IMG/VR virus record: IMGVR_UViG_3300020434_000055
Origin: a virus
Lineage: Duplodnaviria; Caudoviricetes
DNA: 64,000 nt
Strand: one strand, 5' to 3'
Below, piece after piece: positions 1 to 10,536 of the stretch (position 1 is its first letter; every line of letters begins with the position of its first letter). Under the pieces are notes generated by a model. That model made no database searches and was not told the DNA's origin. It saw only the letters and a program-made list of their open reading frames with translations. Position numbers and translations under genes: made by a program.

Positions 1-339
1 CAAGAACCAAAAGCTGATGAACCAGAAACTGGTGATGAAACATTAGATAAAATTTTAAGTCCTGAAGATGAACTAGCTTCAGAAGAAACTAAAGACGAAG
101 TACCTGGTCAAGCAAGTACTACACCTGATCCTAAATATCAAGATGCACAATATATGACAAAAGATATTGCAGGTGGTATTAATAAAGCTAAAAAAACATA
201 TCCTAAAGTATCAGATGGTGATAATCCAATGGCAGTCAAAGAAAGACTTATTTCGGAATACCAAATGTTTAAAAATAAAACAGAACCTCGTGGAACTGTA
301 GTTACTGACGATATGATTAATCAAAAATCAACGAAATAG
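1..339 (+). CDS. 3' part of an acidic hypothetical (probably virion/prohead) protein; 5' end lies outside the window
   Basis: Frame 1 is open from base 1 (QEPKADEPETG...) through the 154..339 ORF to TAG; directly upstream of terminase. Confidence 0.7.
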   Translation, partial: QEPKADEPETGDETLDKILSPEDELASEETKDEVPGQASTTPDPKYQDAQYMTKDIAGGINKAKKTYPKVSDGDNPMAVKERLISEYQMFKNKTEPRGTVVTDDMINQKSTK

Positions 340-376
340 ACCCCCGAATATAATATTTCCTCCCCATAATCCACAA

Positions 377-382
377 TAAATA
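377..382 (+). promoter_or_regulatory. T4-late-like promoter core TAAATA
   Basis: AATAAATA 5 nt before the terminase ATG; the same core precedes many other genes in the window. Confidence 0.65.
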
Positions 383-387
383 CTGTT

Positions 388-1980
388 ATGACAATGAGAA
401 GTTTGGACGGTGTGTTAACTAAAAAGGCACATTTAAAAGAAAAATATACAGAAGAACAATTAAATGATGTCACTAAATGTGCAGATCATGACTTAGGATA
501 TAAAGTTTTTGCTAACAATTTCTTTTATATTCAACATCCTGTAAGAGGTAAATTATTATTCCAGCCTTTTGAATATCAAGACAAACTATTACAAAGTTAT
601 CATTTACATAGATTTAATGTTAATATGTTACCTCGACAATGTGGAAAAACTACTTCAGCCGCTTGTTATCTATTGTGGTATGCAATGTTTCATCCTGATC
701 AAGTAATATTAATTGCCGCACATAAATTTGCAGGTGCTCAAGAAATTATGCAACGTATCCGTTATGCATATGAATTATGTCCAGATCATATTAGAGCAGG
801 GGTAATAAATTATAATAAAGGGTCAATGGAATTTGATAATGGTAGTAGAATAGTAAGCACAACTACAACTACAAACACTGGAAGAGGTATGGCAATTTCA
901 TTATTATATTGTGATGAGTTTGCTTTCGTAAATGCAGGAATAGCCAGAGAATTTTGGACTTCAATTTCTCCAACATTAGCAACAGGAGGTAAAGCAATAG
1001 TTACATCAACACCTAACTCTGATGAAGATGTATTTGCAACATTATGGAAACAATCTCAAGACAAATTCGATGAAAATGGTAATGAATCAGAATTAGGTTC
1101 TAATGGTTTTTATGGTTTTACTGCTGGATGGGATGAACATCCTGAACGAGATGAAGTTTGGAAACAACAAGAATTAAGTAGAATAGGTGAAGAAAGATTT
1201 AGACGAGAGTACGGTTGCGAATTTTTAGTTTATGAAGAAACTTTAATTAATAGTATTTTCTTATCAACGTTAGAAGGTAAACAGCCAATATTTAATATGG
1301 GGCAAACACGTTGGTATGAAAAAATTAATAAAGAAAGCACTTATGTAATAGCATTAGATCCTGCAATGGGTACTGGTGGAGATAATGCCGCCATTCAAGT
1401 TTTTGAATTACCATCCTATAACCAAGTTGCAGAATGGAAACATAATACAACTGCTATACCACAACAAATTAGAATTCTAAAAGACATAGCAAATTATATT
1501 AAAGATGAATCAGAAAATCCTAATGGTTCAAATATATATTGGAGTGTAGAAAATAATACAATAGGCGAGTCAGCATTATTAGTAATTCAAGACTTTGGTG
1601 AAGATTCTATACCAGGTATGCTTGTAAACGAACCTATTAGAAAAGGTCATATTAGAAGATTTAGAAAAGGATTTAATACAACTCATAAAACTAAAGTTGT
1701 TGCCTGTGCAAGATTAAAATCAATGATTGAAAGAGGTAAGATGAAAATTAATAGTAAGCCTCTAGTTAGTGAACTCAAATCATTTATAGCATCTGGTGTT
1801 ACTTACAGAGCTAAAACAGGTGAGCATGATGACCTAGTTAGTGCATCATTATTAGCTATGAGAGTTATTCAAGTACTAAAAGATTGGGATCCTAAAATAT
1901 ATACGTCTTTCAGTCAAGCAGATGAAGATACTACAGAGAGGGTTATACCACTACCAATTTTTGTTAGCCACGTTAATTGA
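388..1980 (+). CDS. 17: Terminase large subunit (T4 gp17-like)
   Basis: Walker A LPRQCGKTT, Walker B LYCDEFAF, STPN coupling motif, nuclease IALDPAMG and HDDLV. Confidence 0.96.
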   Translation: MTMRSLDGVLTKKAHLKEKYTEEQLNDVTKCADHDLGYKVFANNFFYIQHPVRGKLLFQPFEYQDKLLQSYHLHRFNVNMLPRQCGKTTSAACYLLWYAMFHPDQVILIAAHKFAGAQEIMQRIRYAYELCPDHIRAGVINYNKGSMEFDNGSRIVSTTTTTNTGRGMAISLLYCDEFAFVNAGIAREFWTSISPTLATGGKAIVTSTPNSDEDVFATLWKQSQDKFDENGNESELGSNGFYGFTAGWDEHPERDEVWKQQELSRIGEERFRREYGCEFLVYEETLINSIFLSTLEGKQPIFNMGQTRWYEKINKESTYVIALDPAMGTGGDNAAIQVFELPSYNQVAEWKHNTTAIPQQIRILKDIANYIKDESENPNGSNIYWSVENNTIGESALLVIQDFGEDSIPGMLVNEPIRKGHIRRFRKGFNTTHKTKVVACARLKSMIERGKMKINSKPLVSELKSFIASGVTYRAKTGEHDDLVSASLLAMRVIQVLKDWDPKIYTSFSQADEDTTERVIPLPIFVSHVN

Positions 1981-1992
1981 TAAATACTGCAT

Positions 1993-4056
1993 ATGAACAC
2001 AGAAGCAATAGCAAACGATTTATTCAACAAAGTTAGAGGTCGATTCCCTGCTGTTACGTTAGGGGATAAAGAAGGCAATGTGACTAATGAACCTACACAG
2101 GCCCGTTATTTTGACTTTGATTTTAAGGAGGCAGGAAAATCGTTAGGAAAGGTAAGTATTAGTATAGACGAGAAAGATGGTCTTGTAATACTACATAATA
2201 CGGATTTTATAGAAAATTCCGACGAGGTAGTAAAGCATAAATGGTTTGAATTTCTTAAAGAATTAAGAAATTTTGCTAAAGCTAGAATGCTTAATTTTGA
2301 TACAAGAGATATTACAAAAAGTAATCTAGAAAAAAGAGATTATGATTATTTGAGTAAATCTCGTAAAGAAGAAGGAGAAAGTGTGAGCGAATCTAATATA
2401 TACGGAACAACAAAAACTAGTTTTCAACCTATTGGAAAAGCACGTTTAGTTATTAAACATTCTGCCCCAGTAGACATGACAGTTGCTGGTGGAAGATCTC
2501 ACAGAATAGAATCTATATTCATAGAAAGCCCTACAGGAGAAAGATTTAGATATCCTCTTAAACATCTTAATGGTGCTAGAGCAATGGCACAACATATTTC
2601 CAATGGTGGAGTTCCTTATGATGACTTTGGAAAACATATTTCAGGATTAAGTGAAGAACTTAATCAACTTAAAAAATTTAAATCTTATATAAATCGTTCA
2701 GCTGTAATGGCAGAAGGACTTTCAGGCTATCTAAGTATTGTAGATGAAAGAATAGAAGAAGTTAAAAATTCCTGCCAAAAATTACAAAGAAGTTCTTATT
2801 ATAATAACGCTGTTAAAGACTTTGTAGCAAGACAATACGAAGAAGTACCAGAAGAACTTAAACAAAATTGGATAGACGAATTAACAATTAAAACTTTTAA
2901 AGAAGAATTAGAAGATGTATTTCCTTACATATACAAACTAATAGGTGAGAAAACAAAAACTCAAGAAGTTACAGCAGAAGATTTTGAAGAAGCAGGATAT
3001 CAAGGAGAAGTAGAACCACATATGCATCAATTTGATTTATCAGGTGACTTTGATCAAGAAAGAGGTGTATCAGATATTGACGCACAACAAATTCAAAAAC
3101 AATTAGCAGATTCAGGTATTACAGCAGAAGTTCATACAGACGAAATGAATTTTAAAGGTGTTCATATTCACACAATGTCATCTAGAGAAGAAGTAGAGAA
3201 AGCATTAGGTGACATAGTAGAACGTATTGGCGGTATAGAAGATTTTGAAAAAATAATGAGTACTATTGTAGGTGAAGCAGAAAATGGTTTATTTTCATCT
3301 GATCCAACAGAAGCCAAACAAGCATTAGTAAAATTAAACAATTTAATGGGACGACATTTTCCTGCAGGAGTAAATGGTGTTAATGGTGTAGAAAGTTTAC
3401 AAGGCGTTATAGATGACAAAGAACTAAACGACCAAATAGTTTCAATGGGTAGAGAAGATAGTGATGCCTGCATTAGAGGAACAATATTAAATTATATCAA
3501 AGACAAAAGACCAGACATGGCTAATAGTATTAATACAGGTGATATGGAACCAGAAGAAACATTGACTTGGGAAAATATTAAACCTTATGTATCTGTACAA
3601 AGAGATGATAAAAATAAAGTTCAATATCATGTATTAGACAAAGATGAAAAAGATATATTTGTAACACATGATTCTAAAGAAGCAACACAATTTTTAAGAA
3701 AAAATTGGAAAGATTTAAGACAAGGTACAGCAAAACCAGAAATGCCAGCGGGTTGGGAAGATGACGATAAAGGTGTTGCTGTTATGAAAGGCCCAGATGG
3801 CAAAATTAGTTTAGAACCAAAAACTGATGAACCAGAAGAAGAACCAAAAGAAGATCCAAAAAATTTAGATGAATATATAAAAAGCTTCTTTGATTATACA
3901 ACTAATAGTTTTCCAAAAGGAGAAACAGGTCTTTTGACATCAGTGCAAAAGAAATTTGGTGATGAACACGTAAGAAATGCTGAAGCTATAATCCAAAAAT
4001 TAATGTTGGGCAAAGATAAAGAAATTAATAGAATAAAAAAATTAGCCGGCGTATAA
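1993..4056 (+). CDS. Large hypothetical protein, probably virion structural
   Basis: 687-aa ORF after TAAATA (1981-1986); acidic; ends RIKKLAGV; between terminase and gp32. Confidence 0.6.
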   Translation: MNTEAIANDLFNKVRGRFPAVTLGDKEGNVTNEPTQARYFDFDFKEAGKSLGKVSISIDEKDGLVILHNTDFIENSDEVVKHKWFEFLKELRNFAKARMLNFDTRDITKSNLEKRDYDYLSKSRKEEGESVSESNIYGTTKTSFQPIGKARLVIKHSAPVDMTVAGGRSHRIESIFIESPTGERFRYPLKHLNGARAMAQHISNGGVPYDDFGKHISGLSEELNQLKKFKSYINRSAVMAEGLSGYLSIVDERIEEVKNSCQKLQRSSYYNNAVKDFVARQYEEVPEELKQNWIDELTIKTFKEELEDVFPYIYKLIGEKTKTQEVTAEDFEEAGYQGEVEPHMHQFDLSGDFDQERGVSDIDAQQIQKQLADSGITAEVHTDEMNFKGVHIHTMSSREEVEKALGDIVERIGGIEDFEKIMSTIVGEAENGLFSSDPTEAKQALVKLNNLMGRHFPAGVNGVNGVESLQGVIDDKELNDQIVSMGREDSDACIRGTILNYIKDKRPDMANSINTGDMEPEETLTWENIKPYVSVQRDDKNKVQYHVLDKDEKDIFVTHDSKEATQFLRKNWKDLRQGTAKPEMPAGWEDDDKGVAVMKGPDGKISLEPKTDEPEEEPKEDPKNLDEYIKSFFDYTTNSFPKGETGLLTSVQKKFGDEHVRNAEAIIQKLMLGKDKEINRIKKLAGV

Positions 4057-4111
4057 TCCTAAACAACTATCCAAAAAAAATACTTGACTAAATAAAAAAG
4101 TTAATATAGTA

Positions 4112-4140
4112 TTGACATTATGTTCGTCTTGTGCTACATT
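4112..4140 (+). promoter_or_regulatory. sigma70-type promoter for gp32
   Basis: TTGACA-17 nt-TACATT. Confidence 0.7.
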
Positions 4141-4186
4141 AACAATAAGGCACAATTAACAAAGGCTAAAAATAGGAGGCTTAATT

Positions 4187-5140
4187 ATGGCAACATTAGC
4201 AGACATTCGTGCTAAACTTAAAGAACAAGAAGCACGTTCAGGCGGAAGCCGATCAGGCGGGGACAACGCCATTTTTCCATTTTGGAATCTAAAAGAAGGA
4301 GAGCAGGCAACTGTTCGTTTCTTGCCGGATGGAAATAAAGAAAACACTTTTTTCTGGAAAGAGCGATTGATGATTAAATTGCCCTTTCAAGGAGTCAAAG
4401 GTGATACAGACTCAAAACCAGTACAGGTACAAGTACCATGCATGGAAATGTATGGAGAATCTTGTCCTATACTAGCTGAGGTTAGAGGTTGGTTTAAAGA
4501 TCCTAAATTAGAGGATATGGGAAGAAAATATTGGAAGAAAAGATCTTATATCTTTCAAGGTTTTGTCGGAACAAATCCTTTAAACGAGGAAACTACACCA
4601 GAAAATCCAATTAGAAGATTTATAATTGGACCACAAATTTTCCAAATTATCAAGGGTGCATTAATGGATCCTGATATGGAAGATTTGCCAACTGACTCAG
4701 TCAATGGTGTTGATTTTAGAATAATCAAAACTAGTAAAGGTGGTTACGCAGACTACTCAACTTCATCTTGGTCAAGAAAATCTAGACCGTTATCTGAAGA
4801 AGAAACTAAATCAATTGAACAAAACAATTTGTTTAATTTGAGTGATTTCCTTCCAAAGAAACCATCAGAAGTTGATGTTAAGGTAATCAAAGAGATGTTT
4901 GAAGCATCTGTGGATGGCGAAGCATATGACCAAGAAAAATATGGTCAATACTTTAGACCAGCAGGTATTGGTTCTAGAACAGGAGATCCTGTAGCAGTTC
5001 CAAAATCAAACACACCGGCTCCTGAGAGCAACAAAACTCAGGAAACATCTACGGCTAATACTAGTTCTACTAAATCATCACAGCAGAATAGTAAGGCTGA
5101 AGACATACTGGCAATGATAAGAGCAAGACAACAAAAGTAG
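4187..5140 (+). CDS. 32: Single-stranded DNA-binding protein (gp32-like)
   Basis: ATVRFLP, VPCMEMYG...CPI, RKYWKKRSY, GGYADYSTSSW motifs; low-complexity tail. Confidence 0.93.
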   Translation: MATLADIRAKLKEQEARSGGSRSGGDNAIFPFWNLKEGEQATVRFLPDGNKENTFFWKERLMIKLPFQGVKGDTDSKPVQVQVPCMEMYGESCPILAEVRGWFKDPKLEDMGRKYWKKRSYIFQGFVGTNPLNEETTPENPIRRFIIGPQIFQIIKGALMDPDMEDLPTDSVNGVDFRIIKTSKGGYADYSTSSWSRKSRPLSEEETKSIEQNNLFNLSDFLPKKPSEVDVKVIKEMFEASVDGEAYDQEKYGQYFRPAGIGSRTGDPVAVPKSNTPAPESNKTQETSTANTSSTKSSQQNSKAEDILAMIRARQQK

Positions 5141-5149
5141 TATGAAATT

Positions 5150-5177
5150 TATGGTGGGGATTTAATTCCCCACCGTA
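5150..5177 (+). terminator. Stem-loop between gp32 and uvsX
   Basis: GGTGGGGA-TTTAAT-TCCCCACC perfect 8-bp stem; no long U-run. Confidence 0.6.
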
Positions 5178-5191
5178 GTTAGGAATTAAAA

Positions 5192-6256
5192 ATGGCAAAC
5201 AAAGCATTTGACGTATCAAAGTTTAGAAAAAGTATAACAAAGAACATTCAAGGACTAGGCATAGGTTTTACCGATCCAACAGATTGGATATCTACAGGTA
5301 ACTTTGCATTAAATTATTTAATATCAGGAGATTTTAATAGAGGTATTCCATTAGGAAAAGTAACTGTATTAGCAGGTGAACCACAAGCAGGTAAATCTTA
5401 TATAGCATCAGGTAACATTGTTAAAGCGGCACAAGAACAAGGAATTTTTGTAATTTTAATAGATTCAGAAAACGCTTTAGATGAAAAATGGTTACAAGCA
5501 TTAGATGTAGATACAGATGATAAGAAACTTTTAAAATTAAGTTTATCTATGATTGATGATGTAGCAAAAACTATATCAACATTTATGAAAGATTACAAAG
5601 AACAATATTCAGAAAATAAAATAGATGCACCAAAAATTTTATTTGTAGTTGATAGTTTAGGTATGTTATTAACACCTACTGATGTTAAACAATTTGAAGA
5701 AGGCGATATGAAAGGTGATTTAGGACGAAAAGCAAAATCATTAACAGCACTTGTAAGAAATTGTGTTAATATGTTTGGTAGTTGGAATGTAGGACTTGTT
5801 GCAACAAATCATACTTATGCATCACAAGATATGTTTGATCCGGATGATAAAATATCAGGCGGACAAGGATTTATATATGCATCAAGTATTGTAATTGCAA
5901 TGAAAAAATTAAAATTAAAAGAAGATGAAGATGGTAATAAAATAACAGATGTACGTGGTATACGAGCATCTTGTAAAGTAATGAAAACAAGATTTGCTAA
6001 ACCATTTGAAGCAGTACAAGTTAAAATTCCATATGATACAGGAATGGATCCATATAGTGGATTAGTAGACTTATTTGAGAAAAAAGGCCTTTTAGTTAAA
6101 TCAGGTAATAGATTAAAGTACGTAGATTCTAAAGGAAAAGAGTACTTAGAGTATAGAAAAGCATGGTCCGGAGATAAATTAAAGATGTTAATGGATGATT
6201 TTGACGCTATGCAAGATAATCCAACAGCAAAAGAAATTGACGACGAAACGGAGTAA
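5192..6256 (+). CDS. uvsX: RecA-like recombinase UvsX
   Basis: ISTGNFALN, Walker A GEPQAGKS, IDSENAL, VVDSLG, SGGQGFIYASS. Confidence 0.95.
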   Translation: MANKAFDVSKFRKSITKNIQGLGIGFTDPTDWISTGNFALNYLISGDFNRGIPLGKVTVLAGEPQAGKSYIASGNIVKAAQEQGIFVILIDSENALDEKWLQALDVDTDDKKLLKLSLSMIDDVAKTISTFMKDYKEQYSENKIDAPKILFVVDSLGMLLTPTDVKQFEEGDMKGDLGRKAKSLTALVRNCVNMFGSWNVGLVATNHTYASQDMFDPDDKISGGQGFIYASSIVIAMKKLKLKEDEDGNKITDVRGIRASCKVMKTRFAKPFEAVQVKIPYDTGMDPYSGLVDLFEKKGLLVKSGNRLKYVDSKGKEYLEYRKAWSGDKLKMLMDDFDAMQDNPTAKEIDDETE

Positions 6257-6259
6257 ACT

Positions 6260-6493
6260 ATGCTAGACGCTAACAAAGTAATAGAACTATGGCAGTTCTT
6301 TAAAGAATATCTAGATCAAAAACAAATAAAAATAATTGCAGAAAAATACGTTGATTTATTAGCAGACTACGGAGTTTCAGATGTAGAATTACAAGATGCA
6401 ATAGGTCATGATGACGATTTAGATGAAGCTATAAATTATTATTTAGATGTAGATAATGAGGATAAACACGACGACGAATTAGAGGATTATTAA
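6260..6493 (+). CDS. Small acidic hypothetical protein
   Basis: ORF coupled between uvsX and uvsY. Confidence 0.75.
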   Translation: MLDANKVIELWQFFKEYLDQKQIKIIAEKYVDLLADYGVSDVELQDAIGHDDDLDEAINYYLDVDNEDKHDDELEDY

Positions 6494-6951
6494 TGTCAAA
6501 TTGGTACACAATAATATCTAGAGACGTTGGAAAAATACCAGAAGCTATTCAACATTTTGAAACTGAATTACAAAGTGCAAGATATGAAATAAAAATTAAA
6601 GGTAGTGTTGAAAAACAATCAGCAGAGTTACCTGGTGTAGTAGAAAATAGATTTCATCAATTACAAGAAATAGAAGCAATATTAGAATATTTAAACATAG
6701 AATTAAGAAGATTAAGAAGCAAATTTTTCAAAAAATATTTAGAAAATTATCAAAGAGCACTATCTAGTAGAGACGTAGAAAAATATGTAGATGGTGAGCC
6801 AGACGTTGTAGACTACGAAAAAATTATTAATGAATTCGCGTTATTACGCAATAAATGGTTAGCTGTTACTAAAGGTTTAGACCAAAAACAATGGCAATTA
6901 ACTAACATTGTCAAATTAAGAGTAGCAGGTATGGAAGACGCTACCATATAA
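6493..6951 (+). CDS. uvsY: Recombination mediator UvsY-like
   Basis: Helical 152 aa with YLENYQRALSSRDVEKYVDGE; position next to uvsX. Confidence 0.75.
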   Translation: MSNWYTIISRDVGKIPEAIQHFETELQSARYEIKIKGSVEKQSAELPGVVENRFHQLQEIEAILEYLNIELRRLRSKFFKKYLENYQRALSSRDVEKYVDGEPDVVDYEKIINEFALLRNKWLAVTKGLDQKQWQLTNIVKLRVAGMEDATI

Positions 6952-6995
6952 TAAATCCTCTCTAACATCCTTCAAATAAATATTACAAAATAGCC

Positions 6996-7874
6996 ATGAA
7001 TGAATTTAAATTACCAAAATTAGAAGGTAACAAACCTGTAGGACCAGATATAATCTATTTTAGTTGTGATCCTAAATATTGGCATGAGTATGGTTTTTAT
7101 CTAGCTAAAAGTACTATACATTTTAATCCTGATATTTTTTTACATATTCATATTTTATATAATAATAAAATTGAACCTATAACAAAAATTAATGGATATA
7201 AAATAACTTATTCGTATGAATGTGTAGATGATAATTTTGTAAATTCATTAATATTAACTCATGACAAAGGATTATTATCTCAAGGTTATAAAATACTTGA
7301 AACAATAAATGAAAAAGTAATTAAACGAAAAATATATTTTGCTAGTGCAAGATTTATTAGAATGAAAGAACTTTTTAAAGATAAACAACACGTATTACAA
7401 TTAGATGCCGATGGATTATGTCGTAAAAATTTTTCTATAGATGAATTTAGAGAAACTACTAAATTACCATCAGCAATGAGAAAACCAAAAGATCCTGATA
7501 CATTAATTGCAAGTGCTATAACTCCGGGAACAGGTATTGAAAGTGCTAAATTTAAAAAAGAATTAGCTAATAAAATGACTGAGATTTTTACTAAACCAAT
7601 TTATTGGTTTATAGATCAAACTGTATTAAGAGAAGTTTTTAGTAAAATTAAATTTGAATCTATTCCTTATAAATGGAATGCCTGGGGATTCAAAGACTTT
7701 GATATATTCAGTACTGCAAAAGGTCGAAAAAAAAATAATTGGCGATATCTTGATAGAAAAGTTAATTGGTTAACAATAAACGAACAAAAAGAATATATTA
7801 GGAATACGTCAGAAGAAAGAAAACAAAGATTTCTTCGTAAGAAACAAAAGAAATTGTTATGGCTTAAAAAATGA
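6996..7874 (+). CDS. Putative nucleotide-diphospho-sugar transferase
   Basis: DxD motif LQLDADGL, YFASARF, WFIDQ; first gene of the glycan island after TAAATA 6977-6982. Confidence 0.6.
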   Translation: MNEFKLPKLEGNKPVGPDIIYFSCDPKYWHEYGFYLAKSTIHFNPDIFLHIHILYNNKIEPITKINGYKITYSYECVDDNFVNSLILTHDKGLLSQGYKILETINEKVIKRKIYFASARFIRMKELFKDKQHVLQLDADGLCRKNFSIDEFRETTKLPSAMRKPKDPDTLIASAITPGTGIESAKFKKELANKMTEIFTKPIYWFIDQTVLREVFSKIKFESIPYKWNAWGFKDFDIFSTAKGRKKNNWRYLDRKVNWLTINEQKEYIRNTSEERKQRFLRKKQKKLLWLKK

Positions 7875-8446
7875 AAGTAACAGGTTATATAATTTATCTT
7901 CCAAACCATAAAAATAGTGTCCTATGGAGTGATGAAGCATTAAAATCTGGGAAAAAATATAATTGGAATTTACAATTATTTCCTGGCGTTGATGGCAAAA
8001 AAGAAACTCTTAAAGATTATGGTTTAACAATATATCAAAAAAATAAAAAATGTAAAAGATATATGTCTAGACCAGGCACAGCCGGTTGCTTTTTAAGTCA
8101 ATGGCAGTTATGGAATATGTGTTATAATACTAATAAAACTATAGCAATATATGAGCATGATGTAATTTTTAAAAAGCCAATGGAACAACAATATAAATTT
8201 AAAGATGTAATTAAATTAGAAGGATTTAAACCAAGTAAACCTGTTGTAGGTCAATGGTGGGAAGGTGCTAGAGCATATCTAATCACACCTAAAGGTGCTA
8301 AAAAAATAATTGATTGGACAAAACTTAATGGTGCTATGCCGGCAGATTGGATGTTAAACAATGGCATTGTTGATATAAAGTTTGATTCAAACGAAGCAGT
8401 TGTAATGAAACAAAGAGCTTTTAGTTTTACAAAGGATTTAAAATGA
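7871..8446 (+). CDS. Glycosyltransferase family 25-like
   Basis: FPGVDGK, GCFLSQWQLW, IYEHD, AYLITPKGAKK...PADW. Confidence 0.8.
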   Translation: MKVTGYIIYLPNHKNSVLWSDEALKSGKKYNWNLQLFPGVDGKKETLKDYGLTIYQKNKKCKRYMSRPGTAGCFLSQWQLWNMCYNTNKTIAIYEHDVIFKKPMEQQYKFKDVIKLEGFKPSKPVVGQWWEGARAYLITPKGAKKIIDWTKLNGAMPADWMLNNGIVDIKFDSNEAVVMKQRAFSFTKDLK

Positions 8447-9303
8447 ATCAAAATTGGACTATGGATGTTAATTTTAGACACGACCGTTTAAAGAAAAATC
8501 ATCCAGAAGTGTTTAAAATGAAACGATTAATTTTTCAAGTTGCTGTTGGTACACCAAATAAATTATATGAACTTTGTATTAAAAGTGTAGCGGAATATTG
8601 TAAAAAATATCAAATAGAACATATAGTATTAAGAGAACCTAAATTAAGAATTCGACCAGACATTAATAGAACAGGAAGAAGTAAACAAGCCGTATCAAGA
8701 CTAGGATACCTACCTATATATGAAAAAGAAAATGCATTTGAATACTTACGCACTCATGATCAAGTATGCATTGTTGATAGTGACATATACATTAAAGCAA
8801 TAGCACCAAACATATTTGATTTATTACCTTTTGATTGTTCATTTGGGGGAGTTATTGAAAGACAAATGCCTCTTACAAAAAAATATTTTAACAAAATAAG
8901 AAAATATTCTAGAAATGCATTTAAAAATTTAACAGATGTTAATTGGAAATGGAATACAAATGGAGCAGAATTTTTTAATATGGGTTTAATGTTAATGAAT
9001 AAAAACATATTATGGTATCTTAAAAATGAAACGCCAAAACAATTTTTATCACGTCCGGAGTTTAAAGATTTTGTAGATGGTGTGGGTTTTTATAAATGGT
9101 CTACGGATCAAATGTTATTAAATTGGTGGGTAAAAACAGAAAAAATGACTGTTAAACATTTAGATTGGAAATGGAATGCTTTATATACAGCCGTTGAAGA
9201 CAACAAATTAAAAGAAGCATACTTTGTACATTTCTTTTTAAAAGATTTATTACCTAACAAAGGTGAAGAAATAGAAAGTTTATTAAAAAAAATAAATGGT
9301 TAA
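8443..9303 (+). CDS. GT8-like glycosyltransferase
   Basis: IVDSDIYI, FFNMGLML, DQMLLN, WKWNALY, HF; start may be the ATG at 8518. Confidence 0.7.
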   Translation: MNQNWTMDVNFRHDRLKKNHPEVFKMKRLIFQVAVGTPNKLYELCIKSVAEYCKKYQIEHIVLREPKLRIRPDINRTGRSKQAVSRLGYLPIYEKENAFEYLRTHDQVCIVDSDIYIKAIAPNIFDLLPFDCSFGGVIERQMPLTKKYFNKIRKYSRNAFKNLTDVNWKWNTNGAEFFNMGLMLMNKNILWYLKNETPKQFLSRPEFKDFVDGVGFYKWSTDQMLLNWWVKTEKMTVKHLDWKWNALYTAVEDNKLKEAYFVHFFLKDLLPNKGEEIESLLKKING

Positions 9304-9760
9304 AACAAACGACTTATTATTGGGCTCCGATCATAGAGGAGTAATACTTAAAGAAGAAATATTAAGTTATGTTTCTCCTGAAAATGATGACGAGAATCCT
9401 ACAAAATTTAATCTAGCAATAATACAAAATTTAAAACCACACGATACTAAAAAATCTGTCGACTATCCAGATATAGTTAAAAGGTTTGCATTTTATTTTA
9501 ATGGTTATTCGCATGGTATATTAATATGTGGCTCAGGTTTTGGTGTATGTATGGCGGCTAATAGATTTAAACATATTAGAGCAGTAGTTTGTAGAGATGT
9601 TTATGATGTTGAGGCGGCACGTCAACACAATAATATGAATGTTATGTGTTTAGGCGCAGATTATACTGATCCTGATACAGCAAAATATATGGTAGAAGCA
9701 TTTTTCGAAACAAAATTTGAAGGGGGAAGACATAAACGTAGAGTAAACAAATTATCATGA
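9296..9760 (+). CDS. rpiB: Ribose-5-phosphate isomerase B
   Basis: GSDHRG, VDYPD, ICGSGFG..MAANR, ARQHNNMNV, FEGGRH.RR. Confidence 0.93.
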   Translation: MVKTNDLLLGSDHRGVILKEEILSYVSPENDDENPTKFNLAIIQNLKPHDTKKSVDYPDIVKRFAFYFNGYSHGILICGSGFGVCMAANRFKHIRAVVCRDVYDVEAARQHNNMNVMCLGADYTDPDTAKYMVEAFFETKFEGGRHKRRVNKLS

Positions 9761-10536
9761 TACACATAGTAAACAGAATAATGAGTACTAGAATTCCTAA
9801 TCTACGTTATACAATGCCAGGGTTTGGTGATGCAATACATACAATTCTTTTAGCTTACTTGTACGGTAAAGCACATAACGATCAAGTCACAATGCATTTA
9901 GACAAAGACAAATATAATAAAGATAAACCAGGAACCCTTGCTCAATGTATTTCTTTGTTTCCAAAAAATAAAATTTTTGTAGAAGGACACGACAAGTGGT
10001 TTAAAGGAGATAAAGAATTTGTAGATTATATTACACAACTAAAAGGAAAATGTATTGGACATTATTATAAAGATTTTCCTAATAGTCATAGAGTACAACA
10101 AGTAGTAGAACCTTTCTTTTGGGCTGACGATTATCTTAATGGCGGGGATCCATGTTTACCAGCAGATGATATGAGTCATGAAGTAAAAATACCTAAAAAA
10201 TTTATAACTGTACAATGGGACGCAGGTTCTAAAAACAGAATGCTATCTAGTCAACAAATTTCTGAAATACATGATTCTTTTAAAAAGAAAGGTTATGAAG
10301 TTCTTGTAGTTGGTGGACAAGCTCAAGGAAAATTAAGAAGATCATTAAAACATATAGGGTATGCAATGGCAAATGCAGACTTTCATGTAGGTGTAGATAG
10401 TGGCTATATGCATTTAGCTCAACTATATTTTAAACCAGAAAACATCTACATATATACTAATAAAAAAGGAAAATGGGAACATCATTTATTAAGATTTCAT
10501 AAAAACGGTTCCAAAGTTAACGAAAAATTTGTATGA
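9757..10536 (+). CDS. Putative GT-B glycosyltransferase (GT9-like)
   Basis: GFGDAI at N-terminus, HVGVDSGYMHLA. Confidence 0.6.
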   Translation: MIHIVNRIMSTRIPNLRYTMPGFGDAIHTILLAYLYGKAHNDQVTMHLDKDKYNKDKPGTLAQCISLFPKNKIFVEGHDKWFKGDKEFVDYITQLKGKCIGHYYKDFPNSHRVQQVVEPFFWADDYLNGGDPCLPADDMSHEVKIPKKFITVQWDAGSKNRMLSSQQISEIHDSFKKKGYEVLVVGGQAQGKLRRSLKHIGYAMANADFHVGVDSGYMHLAQLYFKPENIYIYTNKKGKWEHHLLRFHKNGSKVNEKFV

